From Pyrinomonadaceae bacterium (GTDB lineage Bacteria; Acidobacteriota; Blastocatellia; Pyrinomonadales; Pyrinomonadaceae): a DNA stretch of 64,000 nt. Positions 39,178-48,378 of this stretch are shown in pieces. The notes beneath the pieces were generated by a model, which saw only the letters and a program-made list of their open reading frames with translations, did not search any database and had not been told where the DNA came from. The stretch covers positions 703,471 to 767,470 of the forward strand of contig JBKBYA010000001.1 of NCBI GenBank assembly GCA_046313635.1, in the 5' to 3' direction. Numbering within the stretch: position 1 is the stretch's first letter; the number at the start of each line of letters is the position of its first letter. Made by a program: the position numbers and the translations under genes.

Positions 39178-40035
39178 ATGAAGCTCGCTCTGCAAGTGAT
39201 CTCGCTGCTGCTCGTCGCGGGCCCGTTCGCGATGTTTGCCCAGCCGCCGTCCGCGCCCGTCCGCTACAGCGCGCCGGACATCAACGGGCGGGCGACGCTG
39301 CTCGTAAGACCGGTGCTTCCGGCCGACGTGACGCTCGCAAATGACGGGATGACGATAGCTCTGAAGGTCGTCGTCGACGGCGAGGGCAACGTCGTCTCGG
39401 CCCAGTGCTCCGCGGCCCTTCCGCAGAGAATACGGAAGGCGGCCGAAGCCGCGGCGGCGGAATCGAAGTTTCGCCCGATGATCGTTAATGGCGAAGCGGT
39501 GAGCTATACGGGCACGCTGCTTTACACGATCGCGGTCGAGCGCGTCAATTGGTTTCGATTCGGCACGGCGCTCTATTCGACGTTTATCTTTGACAACATC
39601 TCACTCGGCCCGGTCGCGGCAATGCTTACGCCCGAATTTGCCGACGAAAAGACAAGGCTGCAGGAGCTCGATAACGGCGTCGAGTTGGCCGTGAGGTGGA
39701 GGACGATCGAGGGCGTCCGACGTTCGCTGAGCGACAAGCTGAAAGGCCAGGACGCGTGGTGGTTTGAACTGGGAATGGCGATTAGAGAGGCGACGGCTCC
39801 TTTCCAGAGCGATCGAAAGCCTGACCGGGCCGAACTGCAGAGGGCTCTCGCCGCGCTGGCCAGGTTCGCAGACTCGGCGCCCGGCGATGTGCCGCGTCCG
39901 GTTGTCCAAGCGATCAGAGATCTCTCCGATCACAAGATCGATCCGGCCATGCCGCTGCCTGAACTCGCGAGGCTGATCTTCGAAATGTCGAGAAACATCC
40001 GGCCCGTGGACGAGCCGCAATTCAGGAATCGTTAA
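39178..40035 (+). CDS. Secreted protein with divergent TonB-C-like domain and helical C-terminus
   Basis: Signal peptide; 'INGRA...P', 'VVVDGEGNVVSA', 'AAAESKFRP'. Confidence 0.65.
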   Translation: MKLALQVISLLLVAGPFAMFAQPPSAPVRYSAPDINGRATLLVRPVLPADVTLANDGMTIALKVVVDGEGNVVSAQCSAALPQRIRKAAEAAAAESKFRPMIVNGEAVSYTGTLLYTIAVERVNWFRFGTALYSTFIFDNISLGPVAAMLTPEFADEKTRLQELDNGVELAVRWRTIEGVRRSLSDKLKGQDAWWFELGMAIREATAPFQSDRKPDRAELQRALAALARFADSAPGDVPRPVVQAIRDLSDHKIDPAMPLPELARLIFEMSRNIRPVDEPQFRNR

Positions 40036-41141
40036 CGGATCTGCACCAGCGGCTTGTCCTCAACCAGCGACTTTGCGGCCGAGCCTTCTGAGCGAAGCTT
40101 TTCGACCTCTTTTACAAACTCCTCGACGATGTCCTCGCCGGCGACGCGCCGCATCGGGACGCCGTCCTTGAAGATCATCCCGACATTTCGCCCGAACGTG
40201 ATGCCGAGCTGCGAGTCGTGCGCCTCGCCTGGGCCGTTGACGGCGCAGCCCATGATCGAGAGGTGAAGCGGCTCCTCGACGTGAGCAAGACGACGCTCGA
40301 CCTCGGTCACGATCTCGACAAAATTATCGATATCGAGCCGTCCGCAGGTCGGACAGGCGACGACGGTGACGCCGCGTTTGCGAAGCTCGAGCGATTTGAG
40401 AATCTCCCACGCGACTCGGACCTCTTCGTGAGGCTCGGCCGCGAGCGAAACGCGGATCGTGTCGCCGATGCCCTCGTGCAGCAAAATTCCGAGACCAATC
40501 GCGGATTTGATCGTCCCGCCGAATGGCGTGCCCGCCTCGGTCACGCCGAGATGCAAAGGATAGTCGACCTTCTCGGCCATCAGGCGATAAGCGGCGACCA
40601 TCCGGTTGACATCCGACGCCTTGAGCGAGATGACGATGTCGCCAAAGCCGAGATCTTCGAGGATGCGGACGTGACGCATTCCGCTCTCGACCATCGCTTC
40701 GGGCGTCGCGGAGCCGTACTTTTTGAGCAGGTCTTTCTCGAGCGAGCCGCCGTTGACGCCGATGCGGATCGGCACCTTTTGCGCTTCGGCGGCGCGGACG
40801 ACCTCGCGAACGCGTTCGATCGAGCCGATGTTGCCCGGATTGATGCGCAGCTTGTCGATGCCGGCCTCGAGAGCTTTGAGCGCGAGCTTGTAGTGGAAAT
40901 GGATGTCGGCGACCAGCGGAGCGTCGGTTCGTTTGCGGATCTCTTTGAGCGCTGCGGCCGCGGCGTCGTCAGGCACGGCGATGCGTACGATCTCGCATCC
41001 CGCCTCGACCATCTGCTCGATCTGTCTGAGCGTGCCCTCGACGTCGGTCGTGTCGGTCTTGGTCATCGACTGGACCGTGACCGGAGCTCCGCCGCCGATC
41101 TGCAGCCCGCGAACTTTAACTGCTCTGCTTGCTCGTCGCAT
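40032..41141 (-). CDS. ispG: HMBPP synthase
   Basis: 'VQSMT', 'ADIHF', 'RINPGNIG', 'LHLGVTEAG', 'CPTCGR', 'MGCAVNGPGE'. Confidence 0.97.
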   Translation of the reverse strand: MRRASRAVKVRGLQIGGGAPVTVQSMTKTDTTDVEGTLRQIEQMVEAGCEIVRIAVPDDAAAAALKEIRKRTDAPLVADIHFHYKLALKALEAGIDKLRINPGNIGSIERVREVVRAAEAQKVPIRIGVNGGSLEKDLLKKYGSATPEAMVESGMRHVRILEDLGFGDIVISLKASDVNRMVAAYRLMAEKVDYPLHLGVTEAGTPFGGTIKSAIGLGILLHEGIGDTIRVSLAAEPHEEVRVAWEILKSLELRKRGVTVVACPTCGRLDIDNFVEIVTEVERRLAHVEEPLHLSIMGCAVNGPGEAHDSQLGITFGRNVGMIFKDGVPMRRVAGEDIVEEFVKEVEKLRSEGSAAKSLVEDKPLVQIR

Positions 41142-41154
41142 TCTTAATAAAGCG

Positions 41155-42552
41155 TCACTTCGCCCCGCCGAAGCTCGACGCGATCCTTGAAAAATCGAGG
41201 AAGAGCACAAAGACCATCAGCAGCAGGATCACCGCCAGGCCGGTCAGCTGGATGCGCTCCTTCGCGACCATCGACAGCGTGCGGCCAAAGAGCGACATCA
41301 CCTTGTCGATGCCGAGCACTAGTATCTGCCCGCCGTCGAGCATCGGGATCGGCAAGAGGTTAAAGACGCCGAGGCTTATGCTGATCAGACCGAGGATCAT
41401 AAAAAATCCTTCGATGCCGAGCGAGCGCGTGACCTCGGCCGACTGCTGAAAGATCCCGACAGGTCCGCCGATGCCCGAATCCTTGACCGAGCGTTGGCCC
41501 GCAAAGACCTGTCCGAGCACGGCCCCCGTCGCCTTGAGCTGGTCCCAGTTCGTCTGGAAGGCAAACGCCACGGCCGACGAGAGCGACGCGGGCTCGCGCG
41601 GCATCTCGGGCCGCGTCAGCACGACGCCGAGCTTCTCGGTACCGTCCTCGAGCTTGCGGACGGTGGCGGTGACGTTGACGATGCTGCCGCCGCGCTCGAG
41701 CGCGATCTGGATCGGCTCGGCCTTGTACTTCTGGATCATCGCCGTCGCCTGCGCGGGGTTGCGGGCCGGCTCGCCGTTCATCGAGATGATGCGGTCGCCC
41801 TGCTGGAGTCCTGCATCCTGCGCGGCGGAGTTTGGGCTCACCGCCCCGACGACGACCGGCACGCTGCCGCTGTCGGGCTCGGCATCGATAAAGCCTGCAT
41901 TCTGCCCAGCGATGACGGTCTGCTTGCGCGGCGTGATCTGGAGCTGAAGCCGCTGGCCGCCGCGCTCGACCGTGAGCGGAAGCGTCTGCTCGGGATTGAT
42001 GCCGGCCTGAAGCTCGATCGTCCGCCACGTCGGGTCCTGAATGCCGTTGAAGGCGACGATGCGGTCGCCGACCTGAAGACCCGCCTGCGCCGCCGGGCCG
42101 TCCGGCTTGATCGAGCCGATGACCGGCGCGGGCACGGCCGGGATCCCCTGGATAAAGGCCGCGGCAAACGGTATCGCGAGCGCGAGCACGATGTTCATAA
42201 AAGGCCCGCCGACCATCACCAAAAACTTTTGCCACCGCGGCCGAAGCTCGTACAGCTCCGACTCGGGCACCTTCTCGGTCGTTTCGTCCTTGCCCTCGAG
42301 CGGCCCCGTCGCGTCGTCGCCGTAGAGCTTTACGTACGCCCCGAGCGGTATCGCGCTGATGCGGTAATCCGTATGGCCGCGCTTGAATCCCCAGATCCTC
42401 GGCCCGAGCCCGAAGAACGAGTACGCCTCGACGCGCATACCGAAGAGCTTGGCGACGATAAAGTGGCCAAACTCGTGAATGTTCACCGCGATCCCGAGCA
42501 CCAACAGGGGGATCAGGACGTAGTAAAAAGCGATCGAAAGTATGCTCTCCAT
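41155..42552 (-). CDS. rseP: RIP metalloprotease RseP
   Basis: 'HEFGH', two PDZ domains, 'NLLPIPMLDGG'. Confidence 0.95.
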   Translation of the reverse strand: MESILSIAFYYVLIPLLVLGIAVNIHEFGHFIVAKLFGMRVEAYSFFGLGPRIWGFKRGHTDYRISAIPLGAYVKLYGDDATGPLEGKDETTEKVPESELYELRPRWQKFLVMVGGPFMNIVLALAIPFAAAFIQGIPAVPAPVIGSIKPDGPAAQAGLQVGDRIVAFNGIQDPTWRTIELQAGINPEQTLPLTVERGGQRLQLQITPRKQTVIAGQNAGFIDAEPDSGSVPVVVGAVSPNSAAQDAGLQQGDRIISMNGEPARNPAQATAMIQKYKAEPIQIALERGGSIVNVTATVRKLEDGTEKLGVVLTRPEMPREPASLSSAVAFAFQTNWDQLKATGAVLGQVFAGQRSVKDSGIGGPVGIFQQSAEVTRSLGIEGFFMILGLISISLGVFNLLPIPMLDGGQILVLGIDKVMSLFGRTLSMVAKERIQLTGLAVILLLMVFVLFLDFSRIASSFGGAK

Positions 42553-42627
42553 AAGGTGAACCGGTATGACGCCGAGCCCCGTAAAGGCGTTGTAAGAATA
42601 AAGTTTAAGTGCCGCAAAAGAGGTGCG

Positions 42628-43824
42628 TCAAACCTGTCTTGCCGGTTGCGCCGAGACCGCGGCATCATGCCTCGCGAGCCCGGCCGCCGCGTCTCTCGCC
42701 CACTTGTCGGCGGCGATGATCGCGTCGAGCCCGTCGGCATCAGAGGCCCGGTGCTGCCGCATCACGGCCTCGTTGATACGCGCGATGTCGGGGAAAGTTA
42801 TTTCGCCGTCCAGGAACGCGCGGACGGCGATCTCGTTGGCTGCGTTCAGCACGGCGGGCATCGTGCCGCCCGTGCGCAGCGCCTCGAATGCGAGACCGAG
42901 ACAGGGAAAGCGCTCGAGGTCCGGCTCTTCAAACGTCAGGCTGCCGAGCCGCGCGAGGTCGAGCGGCGGCAGGCAGTTCGGCTTCCGGTCGGGATAAGTC
43001 AGAGCGTACTGGATCGGGTGCTTCATATCGGTCACGCCCATTTGCGCGATGACCGAACCGTCAACCAACTCGACCATCGAATGAACGACCGACTGCGGGT
43101 GCACGATCACCGAGATGCGATCGGCATCGAAACCGAAGAGCCACTTTGCCTCGATCACCTCGAGGCCCTTATTCATCAGCGTCGCTGAGTCGATCGTGAT
43201 CTTTTCGCCCATCTTCCAGTTCGGATGATCGAGCGCCTGCTCGCGTGTCGCGGCCTGGATCTCGGTCTTTGTTCTCGTACGAAACGGCCCGCCCGACGCC
43301 GTCAGGATCAGACGGCGGACCTCGCTCTTCCGCTCGCCTCGCAGGCACTGGTGAATGGCGTTGTGTTCGGAATCGACGGGCAGGATCTCGGCTCCCGATC
43401 TTTCTGCCGCGCGCGTCATCAGCTCGCCGGCCATGACGAGCGTTTCTTTATTGGCGAGAGCGATGCGCTTGCCGGCCTCGATCGCGCGCAGCGTCGGTAC
43501 AAAGCCGACCGCGCCGACCGTCGCCGAGACCACCGTCTCCGCATTTTCGTCGGTCGCGACCGCGACCAGACCGGCCTCGCCGAGCTCGATCCGCGGCATC
43601 GTCGAGACGGCGCGTCGGTGGAGTTCCGCTTCGAGTTCGGCCGCAGAACTTTCGTCGCCGACCGACACGAGCTCGGGCCGGTATCGCTCGATCTGCTCGG
43701 CAAACTTCAAGATGTTTCGCCCGGCAGCCATCGACGACACGCGAATGTCGCCGAGGTGATCGACCACATCGAGTGTGCTGCAGCCGATCGAGCCGGTAGA
43801 ACCAAGGATCGAGATCGATTTCAT
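42628..43824 (-). CDS. dxr: DXP reductoisomerase
   Basis: 'GSTGSIG', 'LANKE', 'PVDSEH', 'KITIDSATLMNKGLE'. Confidence 0.97.
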   Translation of the reverse strand: MKSISILGSTGSIGCSTLDVVDHLGDIRVSSMAAGRNILKFAEQIERYRPELVSVGDESSAAELEAELHRRAVSTMPRIELGEAGLVAVATDENAETVVSATVGAVGFVPTLRAIEAGKRIALANKETLVMAGELMTRAAERSGAEILPVDSEHNAIHQCLRGERKSEVRRLILTASGGPFRTRTKTEIQAATREQALDHPNWKMGEKITIDSATLMNKGLEVIEAKWLFGFDADRISVIVHPQSVVHSMVELVDGSVIAQMGVTDMKHPIQYALTYPDRKPNCLPPLDLARLGSLTFEEPDLERFPCLGLAFEALRTGGTMPAVLNAANEIAVRAFLDGEITFPDIARINEAVMRQHRASDADGLDAIIAADKWARDAAAGLARHDAAVSAQPARQV

Positions 43825-43978
43825 AAGGCGCCGACGAAGCTAGAGATTATCACAGCGGTGGAGGCGGTACGAGATCGAGTCCCGCCTCAAACGGGTTGCT
43901 CGAAGGCCGGTCGAAAGTCTTGATTTGTTCGGTTCGTGCCGTCAGATCCGATAAGCGCCGGCTTGAGCCGCGGCGAGA

Positions 43979-44590
43979 TCACTCTTGATCTTTTGCTTTT
44001 GTGAACTCGAGCGGAGCTTCCATTCGGTCCGCGGCCGCGCCGGCAGGCTCGCGCTCGGCAAGGAATTTGTTGAATTCGGCCGAGCGGTTTCGCGGGATGC
44101 TGAGCGAGCGCCATTCGGCGGACCTGAAATGCTTGGCGAGCAGGACGATCTGCCCGACGTGATACGCGTAATGCGTCAGTTGTCGATCGATCGCCTCGAC
44201 GATCGAATGTTCTTGACCGCGGATCGTGACCTTGCGCGAAAAGTCCTCGATCGTCAGCGGCCCGAGATTATCGAAGAGCGTCTGCCACCCGCGCTCCCAA
44301 AACTCCATCAGCGCCTCGAGCGTGTCGCCGTCGCCGACCTCAAATTCCGCGTCGCGGTTGCGATCGGGCTTTTCGCCGTCGGTCGTTAAAAAGTCGCGCC
44401 AGCGCGAAACCAGATTCCCCGCGATGTGCTTGACGATCACGGCGATCGAATTGGCCTCGTCGTCGATCGCCGCAAAGAATTCTTCATCTGAGACCTGCTC
44501 GATCGCACGCTCGGCCAGCTTCTTGTAATTCCGAAACGACTGCAGCGCGTCGGCGTGGTAATTGGAGATAAATTCGCCGTTCATTTCCAT
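43979..44590 (-). CDS. DUF1572 / DinB-like protein
   Basis: 'NSIAVIVKHIAGN..SRW.DFLTTDGEKPDRNRD.EF', 'HYAYHVGQI'. Confidence 0.85.
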   Translation of the reverse strand: MEMNGEFISNYHADALQSFRNYKKLAERAIEQVSDEEFFAAIDDEANSIAVIVKHIAGNLVSRWRDFLTTDGEKPDRNRDAEFEVGDGDTLEALMEFWERGWQTLFDNLGPLTIEDFSRKVTIRGQEHSIVEAIDRQLTHYAYHVGQIVLLAKHFRSAEWRSLSIPRNRSAEFNKFLAEREPAGAAADRMEAPLEFTKAKDQE

Positions 44591-44604
44591 TGTTGATCTT
44601 CGGA

Positions 44605-44671
44605 ATAACTAATAACTGATAAGTGATAAGTGATAACTGATTCGAGGCCGGCGTTCTCAGTTGTCACTTAT
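44605..44671. repeat. 7-bp tandem array with a short inverted arm overlapping the hisS stop
   Basis: (ATAASTG)x5, then TCAGTTG-TCACTTA. Confidence 0.65.
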
Positions 44672-46085
44672 TCCGGAGCTGCTGCCTGATCGCTCCCGCC
44701 GCGTCGGCTCGGGCGATCGATCGTTGTTCTCCGGTCTTGAGGTCTTTGAGTGACACTTTTCCCTCGGCAATTTCGGTCTCGCCAACGACAGCGACGGACC
44801 TGACCTTGAGAGAATCGGCGTATTTGAACTGCTTGCCGAGCTTATCGGCCTCGGGATAGAGGAGCACGCGGAGGCCTTCGCGGCGGAGCTCGCGGGCGAG
44901 CTTGAGAGACTCGGCGACTGAGTCTTCGTTCCAGATGGTGACCATCACGTCGGCCGGTGTCCACTCGGCGATCTCGGGCGGGAACATTCCGCGTTCGTCC
45001 ATCACGACAAGGATGCGTTCGAGCCCAAGCGAAAAGCCGCACGCGGGGATCTGCTCTTTGCCAAACATCCCGATCAGCCCGTCGTAGCGGCCGCCGCCGC
45101 CGAGGCTGCCGGCGAGGTCGGGGACGTTGATCTCCATGATCGCGCCGGTGTAATAAGAGAGTCCGCGGGCGAGGCTCGGGTCGAGCTGGACGGGCGCGTC
45201 GGGTGCGAATTGCAGGATCTGACCGATCGCGGTCAGCACTTCGGGACTCACGATGTTGATGAGATTGCCGACGATCGTGCGGTTGACGTCTTTGCCCTCG
45301 CCGACGATCTTTGCGGTCTCTTCGAAGATGTTGAGCAAGATCGTCGCCGCGTCGTCGGCGATGCCGCGCTCGGCGAGTTCTTGGGCGACGCCTTCGCTGC
45401 CGATCTTGTCGAGTTTGTCGATCGCGACGAGCGCGTCAGCCTGTTTGTCGGCTGGCACGCCGGCGGTGTCGAGAATGTCGGCGAGGACGTCGCGATGATT
45501 GAGCCTGATGACGAAATCATCAAACCCGAGCCGACGCAGTATCTCACTCACGGCCGAGATGAGCTCGGCCTCGACGACCATCGACGTCGACCCGATCGCG
45601 TCGACGTCGCACTGGTAAAACTCGCGAAATCGACCGCGAGCCGGCCGGTCCGCACGCCAGACGGGCTGGATCTGGTAACGCTTGAAAAACTTCGGAAGAT
45701 CATTGCGATTGTTCGCGACGACACGCGCGAGCGGGACCGTGAGGTCGTAGCGAAGAGCAAGATCGGAAAGCGAGTTGGCAAAGTTGCGAAGTTGCGAAGT
45801 GCCGAAGTCGGAACCGGTATCGGAACTCTGCAACTCCGGTACTCCGGCACTCCGCAACTCTTCTTCCAGCTTTTCGCCGCGCTTCAATATCCGGAAGATG
45901 AGCTGATTGCCTTCTTCGCCGTATTTGCCCATCAGCGTGTCGAGGTTTTCGACCGCGGGCGTCTCGAGCGGCTCGAAGCCGTACGACTGGTAAACCTCTT
46001 TGATGATGCCGATGACGTACTCGCGTTTGCGAACGTCCGCGGGTAAAAAGTCCCGCATGCCGCGGGCCGGATTGGTGCTGGCCAT
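44664..46085 (-). CDS. hisS: Histidine--tRNA ligase
   Basis: 'RGMRDF', 'LRYDLTVP', 'RGRFREFYQCD', 'RGLSYYTG', 'GGGRYD'. Confidence 0.97.
   Translation of the reverse strand: MASTNPARGMRDFLPADVRKREYVIGIIKEVYQSYGFEPLETPAVENLDTLMGKYGEEGNQLIFRILKRGEKLEEELRSAGVPELQSSDTGSDFGTSQLRNFANSLSDLALRYDLTVPLARVVANNRNDLPKFFKRYQIQPVWRADRPARGRFREFYQCDVDAIGSTSMVVEAELISAVSEILRRLGFDDFVIRLNHRDVLADILDTAGVPADKQADALVAIDKLDKIGSEGVAQELAERGIADDAATILLNIFEETAKIVGEGKDVNRTIVGNLINIVSPEVLTAIGQILQFAPDAPVQLDPSLARGLSYYTGAIMEINVPDLAGSLGGGGRYDGLIGMFGKEQIPACGFSLGLERILVVMDERGMFPPEIAEWTPADVMVTIWNEDSVAESLKLARELRREGLRVLLYPEADKLGKQFKYADSLKVRSVAVVGETEIAEGKVSLKDLKTGEQRSIARADAAGAIRQQLRNK
45781..45860. repeat. Inverted 8-bp tandem-repeat element inside hisS
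   Basis: AAGTTGCG AAGTTGCG AAGTGCCG AAGT ... ACTCTGCA ACTCCGGT ACTCCGGC ACTCCGCA ACTC. Confidence 0.7.
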
Positions 46086-46180
46086 AAGATTCGATCCTGA
46101 ATAGCGCGTCTAAAATTGAAAAAGGCGATCCTCGCCAGCGACCGCCCTCGTCTCAAATTTGGATGTTACACCTAAAAGAG

Positions 46181-46936
46181 CTATTTGCTGAAAACGGTGT
46201 ACTCCGCGTAGAACATGTTCGCGTTGTAGCCCGGGTTGATCGGGCCGATGTTCATATTCGAGATGTGATAGTAGCGGTAGCCGAGCTTGAGCACGCTTGT
46301 CTCTGTGAGGCTGTACATCAGTCCGCCGCCGAAGTCGCCGACGAAATTGTACGTGGTGCTCTGCGGCACGGGTATCGGCTTTTGCGAAAAGATGAATCCC
46401 GCCGACGTCTGCGCAAACGGCTTGAGACGCCGCTCGGGCATGAAGACGAATCGAAAGCCTGCCGGCAGTATCACAGCGCCAAATGTGTTGCTCCTCACCG
46501 TGCGCACGGGCGCAGATTTGTCTGCCGGCCTCGGCGTTGACGGGGCGCGGACCTCGTTCCTGATCGCCATCGCGAAGGGCGAGCCTTCAAAAAGATATTC
46601 GTACGTCACGCCGCGGGTCGTGCCGATCACTCGGCCAAAGCGAATGCTCGTCACGGCGAATTTGCGTCCGGTGGTGTCGTACTCCTTTCGACCGCTGAAG
46701 AATGTCGGCTGCATCGGCGCGTAGCCTGCTTGCACGCCCCACTCCTTTGCGCCGCGCTTGAGCTTCCAGCGGTTTGGGTCGCGAAAGCCCGTGCGAGCGT
46801 CGTCGCCGGAATTCGATCTGCTCGTATCGAGTGTAGAGAAGCCCGGCTCGCGTCCGGCAGGCTCCTGCGCCGCGACGGCGATGGCTGACTGTGAGAGCAC
46901 CGCGCACGCCAGCGCGGCCAGCAGAAGTGTTTTCAC
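46181..46936 (-). CDS. PagL-like acyloxyacyl hydrolase / outer-membrane beta-barrel
   Basis: Signal peptide; 'GYRYYHISN..I...NPG.N'. Confidence 0.8.
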   Translation of the reverse strand: MKTLLLAALACAVLSQSAIAVAAQEPAGREPGFSTLDTSRSNSGDDARTGFRDPNRWKLKRGAKEWGVQAGYAPMQPTFFSGRKEYDTTGRKFAVTSIRFGRVIGTTRGVTYEYLFEGSPFAMAIRNEVRAPSTPRPADKSAPVRTVRSNTFGAVILPAGFRFVFMPERRLKPFAQTSAGFIFSQKPIPVPQSTTYNFVGDFGGGLMYSLTETSVLKLGYRYYHISNMNIGPINPGYNANMFYAEYTVFSK

Positions 46937-47197
46937 GCGTTTACCCTCCCTTGTTCGTTCAATGAGAGAACGAGTACCAATTCAAGACAAAATATGGCCG
47001 GACCGACTCGCCTAGTAATTCCTATGCCATCGTGAATCGTCCCAGACCGGTGCCGGAGCGGGCGCGTTCGGGATCGAACGCGGGTGGGTTCTAAGAATGG
47101 GATACGGATCGGGACGATGGGACCGGGAAGGGCGAGAGTGGAGTTACCGGTCTGAACGGATCCGCAGCTTGCGTGCGATCCTTCAGCAAATCCCCGG

Positions 47198-47845
47198 TCA
47201 CCATGTCTTGAGACGATAGCCGACAAAGATGTCGTGCGTGTTGAAGCCGGGATTGAACGTGCCGCGGCCGCCGTTCGAGATGTGATTGAAGCGGTAGCCG
47301 AACGCGACGGTGCGGCCGCGTTTCAGCTGCAGCTCGACACCGGCGGCCACCGATGCGGTGTAGTTAAAGCGCGTGCCGCGCTCGTCCGGTATCCGCCGCG
47401 TAAAATATGCAAGTCCGGTCGAGAGATCGAGAAAGGGTTGAAATCGACGGCCAGGCAGCAGGCTTGTGCGCAAGCCGCCCGGGACGCTCAGGCTGATGGC
47501 GGGCACCCTACGGCGTTTACCGCGAGATGTGCCGGGCGTCGTGTCGGGAAACGAGACGATCGTCAGCGGCTGCACGTCGGCAAAATAGCGAAACGCCGCG
47601 TAGCGATTGGCGAAGAGTCGTCTCGAATACCTCACGCCGGCGATGCCGAGTCCCGAGCCGTCGATTCCTCGGCCGATGACCCGCTTTGAGCTGACGGTGC
47701 CGCCGGCGATCACGTCAAACTCGTTTCGCGGCGGATGGTCAAGCGACCGGCCGGGAAGATCGGCGACCTGCCCGCAGACCGCATAGACAAGAAAAAGACC
47801 CGCAGCGAACGGGCCCAATGCACTAACGAGATTGCTGCGCTTCAT
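47198..47845 (-). CDS. PagL-like acyloxyacyl hydrolase (second copy)
   Basis: ATG 47845 overlaps the upstream stop; 'RFNY', 'GYRFNHISNG...NPGFN'. Confidence 0.8.
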   Translation of the reverse strand: MKRSNLVSALGPFAAGLFLVYAVCGQVADLPGRSLDHPPRNEFDVIAGGTVSSKRVIGRGIDGSGLGIAGVRYSRRLFANRYAAFRYFADVQPLTIVSFPDTTPGTSRGKRRRVPAISLSVPGGLRTSLLPGRRFQPFLDLSTGLAYFTRRIPDERGTRFNYTASVAAGVELQLKRGRTVAFGYRFNHISNGGRGTFNPGFNTHDIFVGYRLKTW

Positions 47846-48369
47846 CTGACGGTGCTCCGGTCGAGGTACTGCCGCGAAAGTTGGACGTAATTCTGCCAAG
47901 ACTTGGTCAGTGTGGCAAGCTCTTGGTCGTTCAAAGATCGTTTTACGCGAGCGGGCGAGCCCATTACGAGCGAGCGAGGCGGAATGACGGTGCCGGGCGT
48001 GAGCAGGCTGCCGGCGGCGACGAGCGAGTCGCGGCCGACTCGAACGCCGTCGAGCAGGATCGCGCCGATGCCGATCAGACAGCCCGACTCGACATGGCAG
48101 CCGTGGAGCGTCACGCGGTGACCGACGGTGATCTCGTCCTCCAGCGTCGTGTGATGCGTCTGCGAGCTGACGTGGATGACGGTCGCGTCCTGAATGTTTG
48201 TCCGCGCACCGATGCGGATGTAATTCACGTCGCCGCGAATGATCGACCCGAACCACACGCTCGACTCCTCGCCGATCTCCACGTCGCCGATCACGATCGC
48301 GTCCTCTGCGATGAATGCGGTCGGATCGATCTTAGGCGCGATACCGTTGAATGGGTCGATCATCGGCAT
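47842..48369 (-). CDS. Gamma carbonic anhydrase family (YrdA-like)
   Basis: 'IGDV.IGE.SSVW', 'RGDVN.I.IG..TNIQD', 'VGH.V.LHGC'. Confidence 0.92.
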   Translation of the reverse strand: MPMIDPFNGIAPKIDPTAFIAEDAIVIGDVEIGEESSVWFGSIIRGDVNYIRIGARTNIQDATVIHVSSQTHHTTLEDEITVGHRVTLHGCHVESGCLIGIGAILLDGVRVGRDSLVAAGSLLTPGTVIPPRSLVMGSPARVKRSLNDQELATLTKSWQNYVQLSRQYLDRSTVR

Positions 48370-48378
48370 AAGGGAAGG

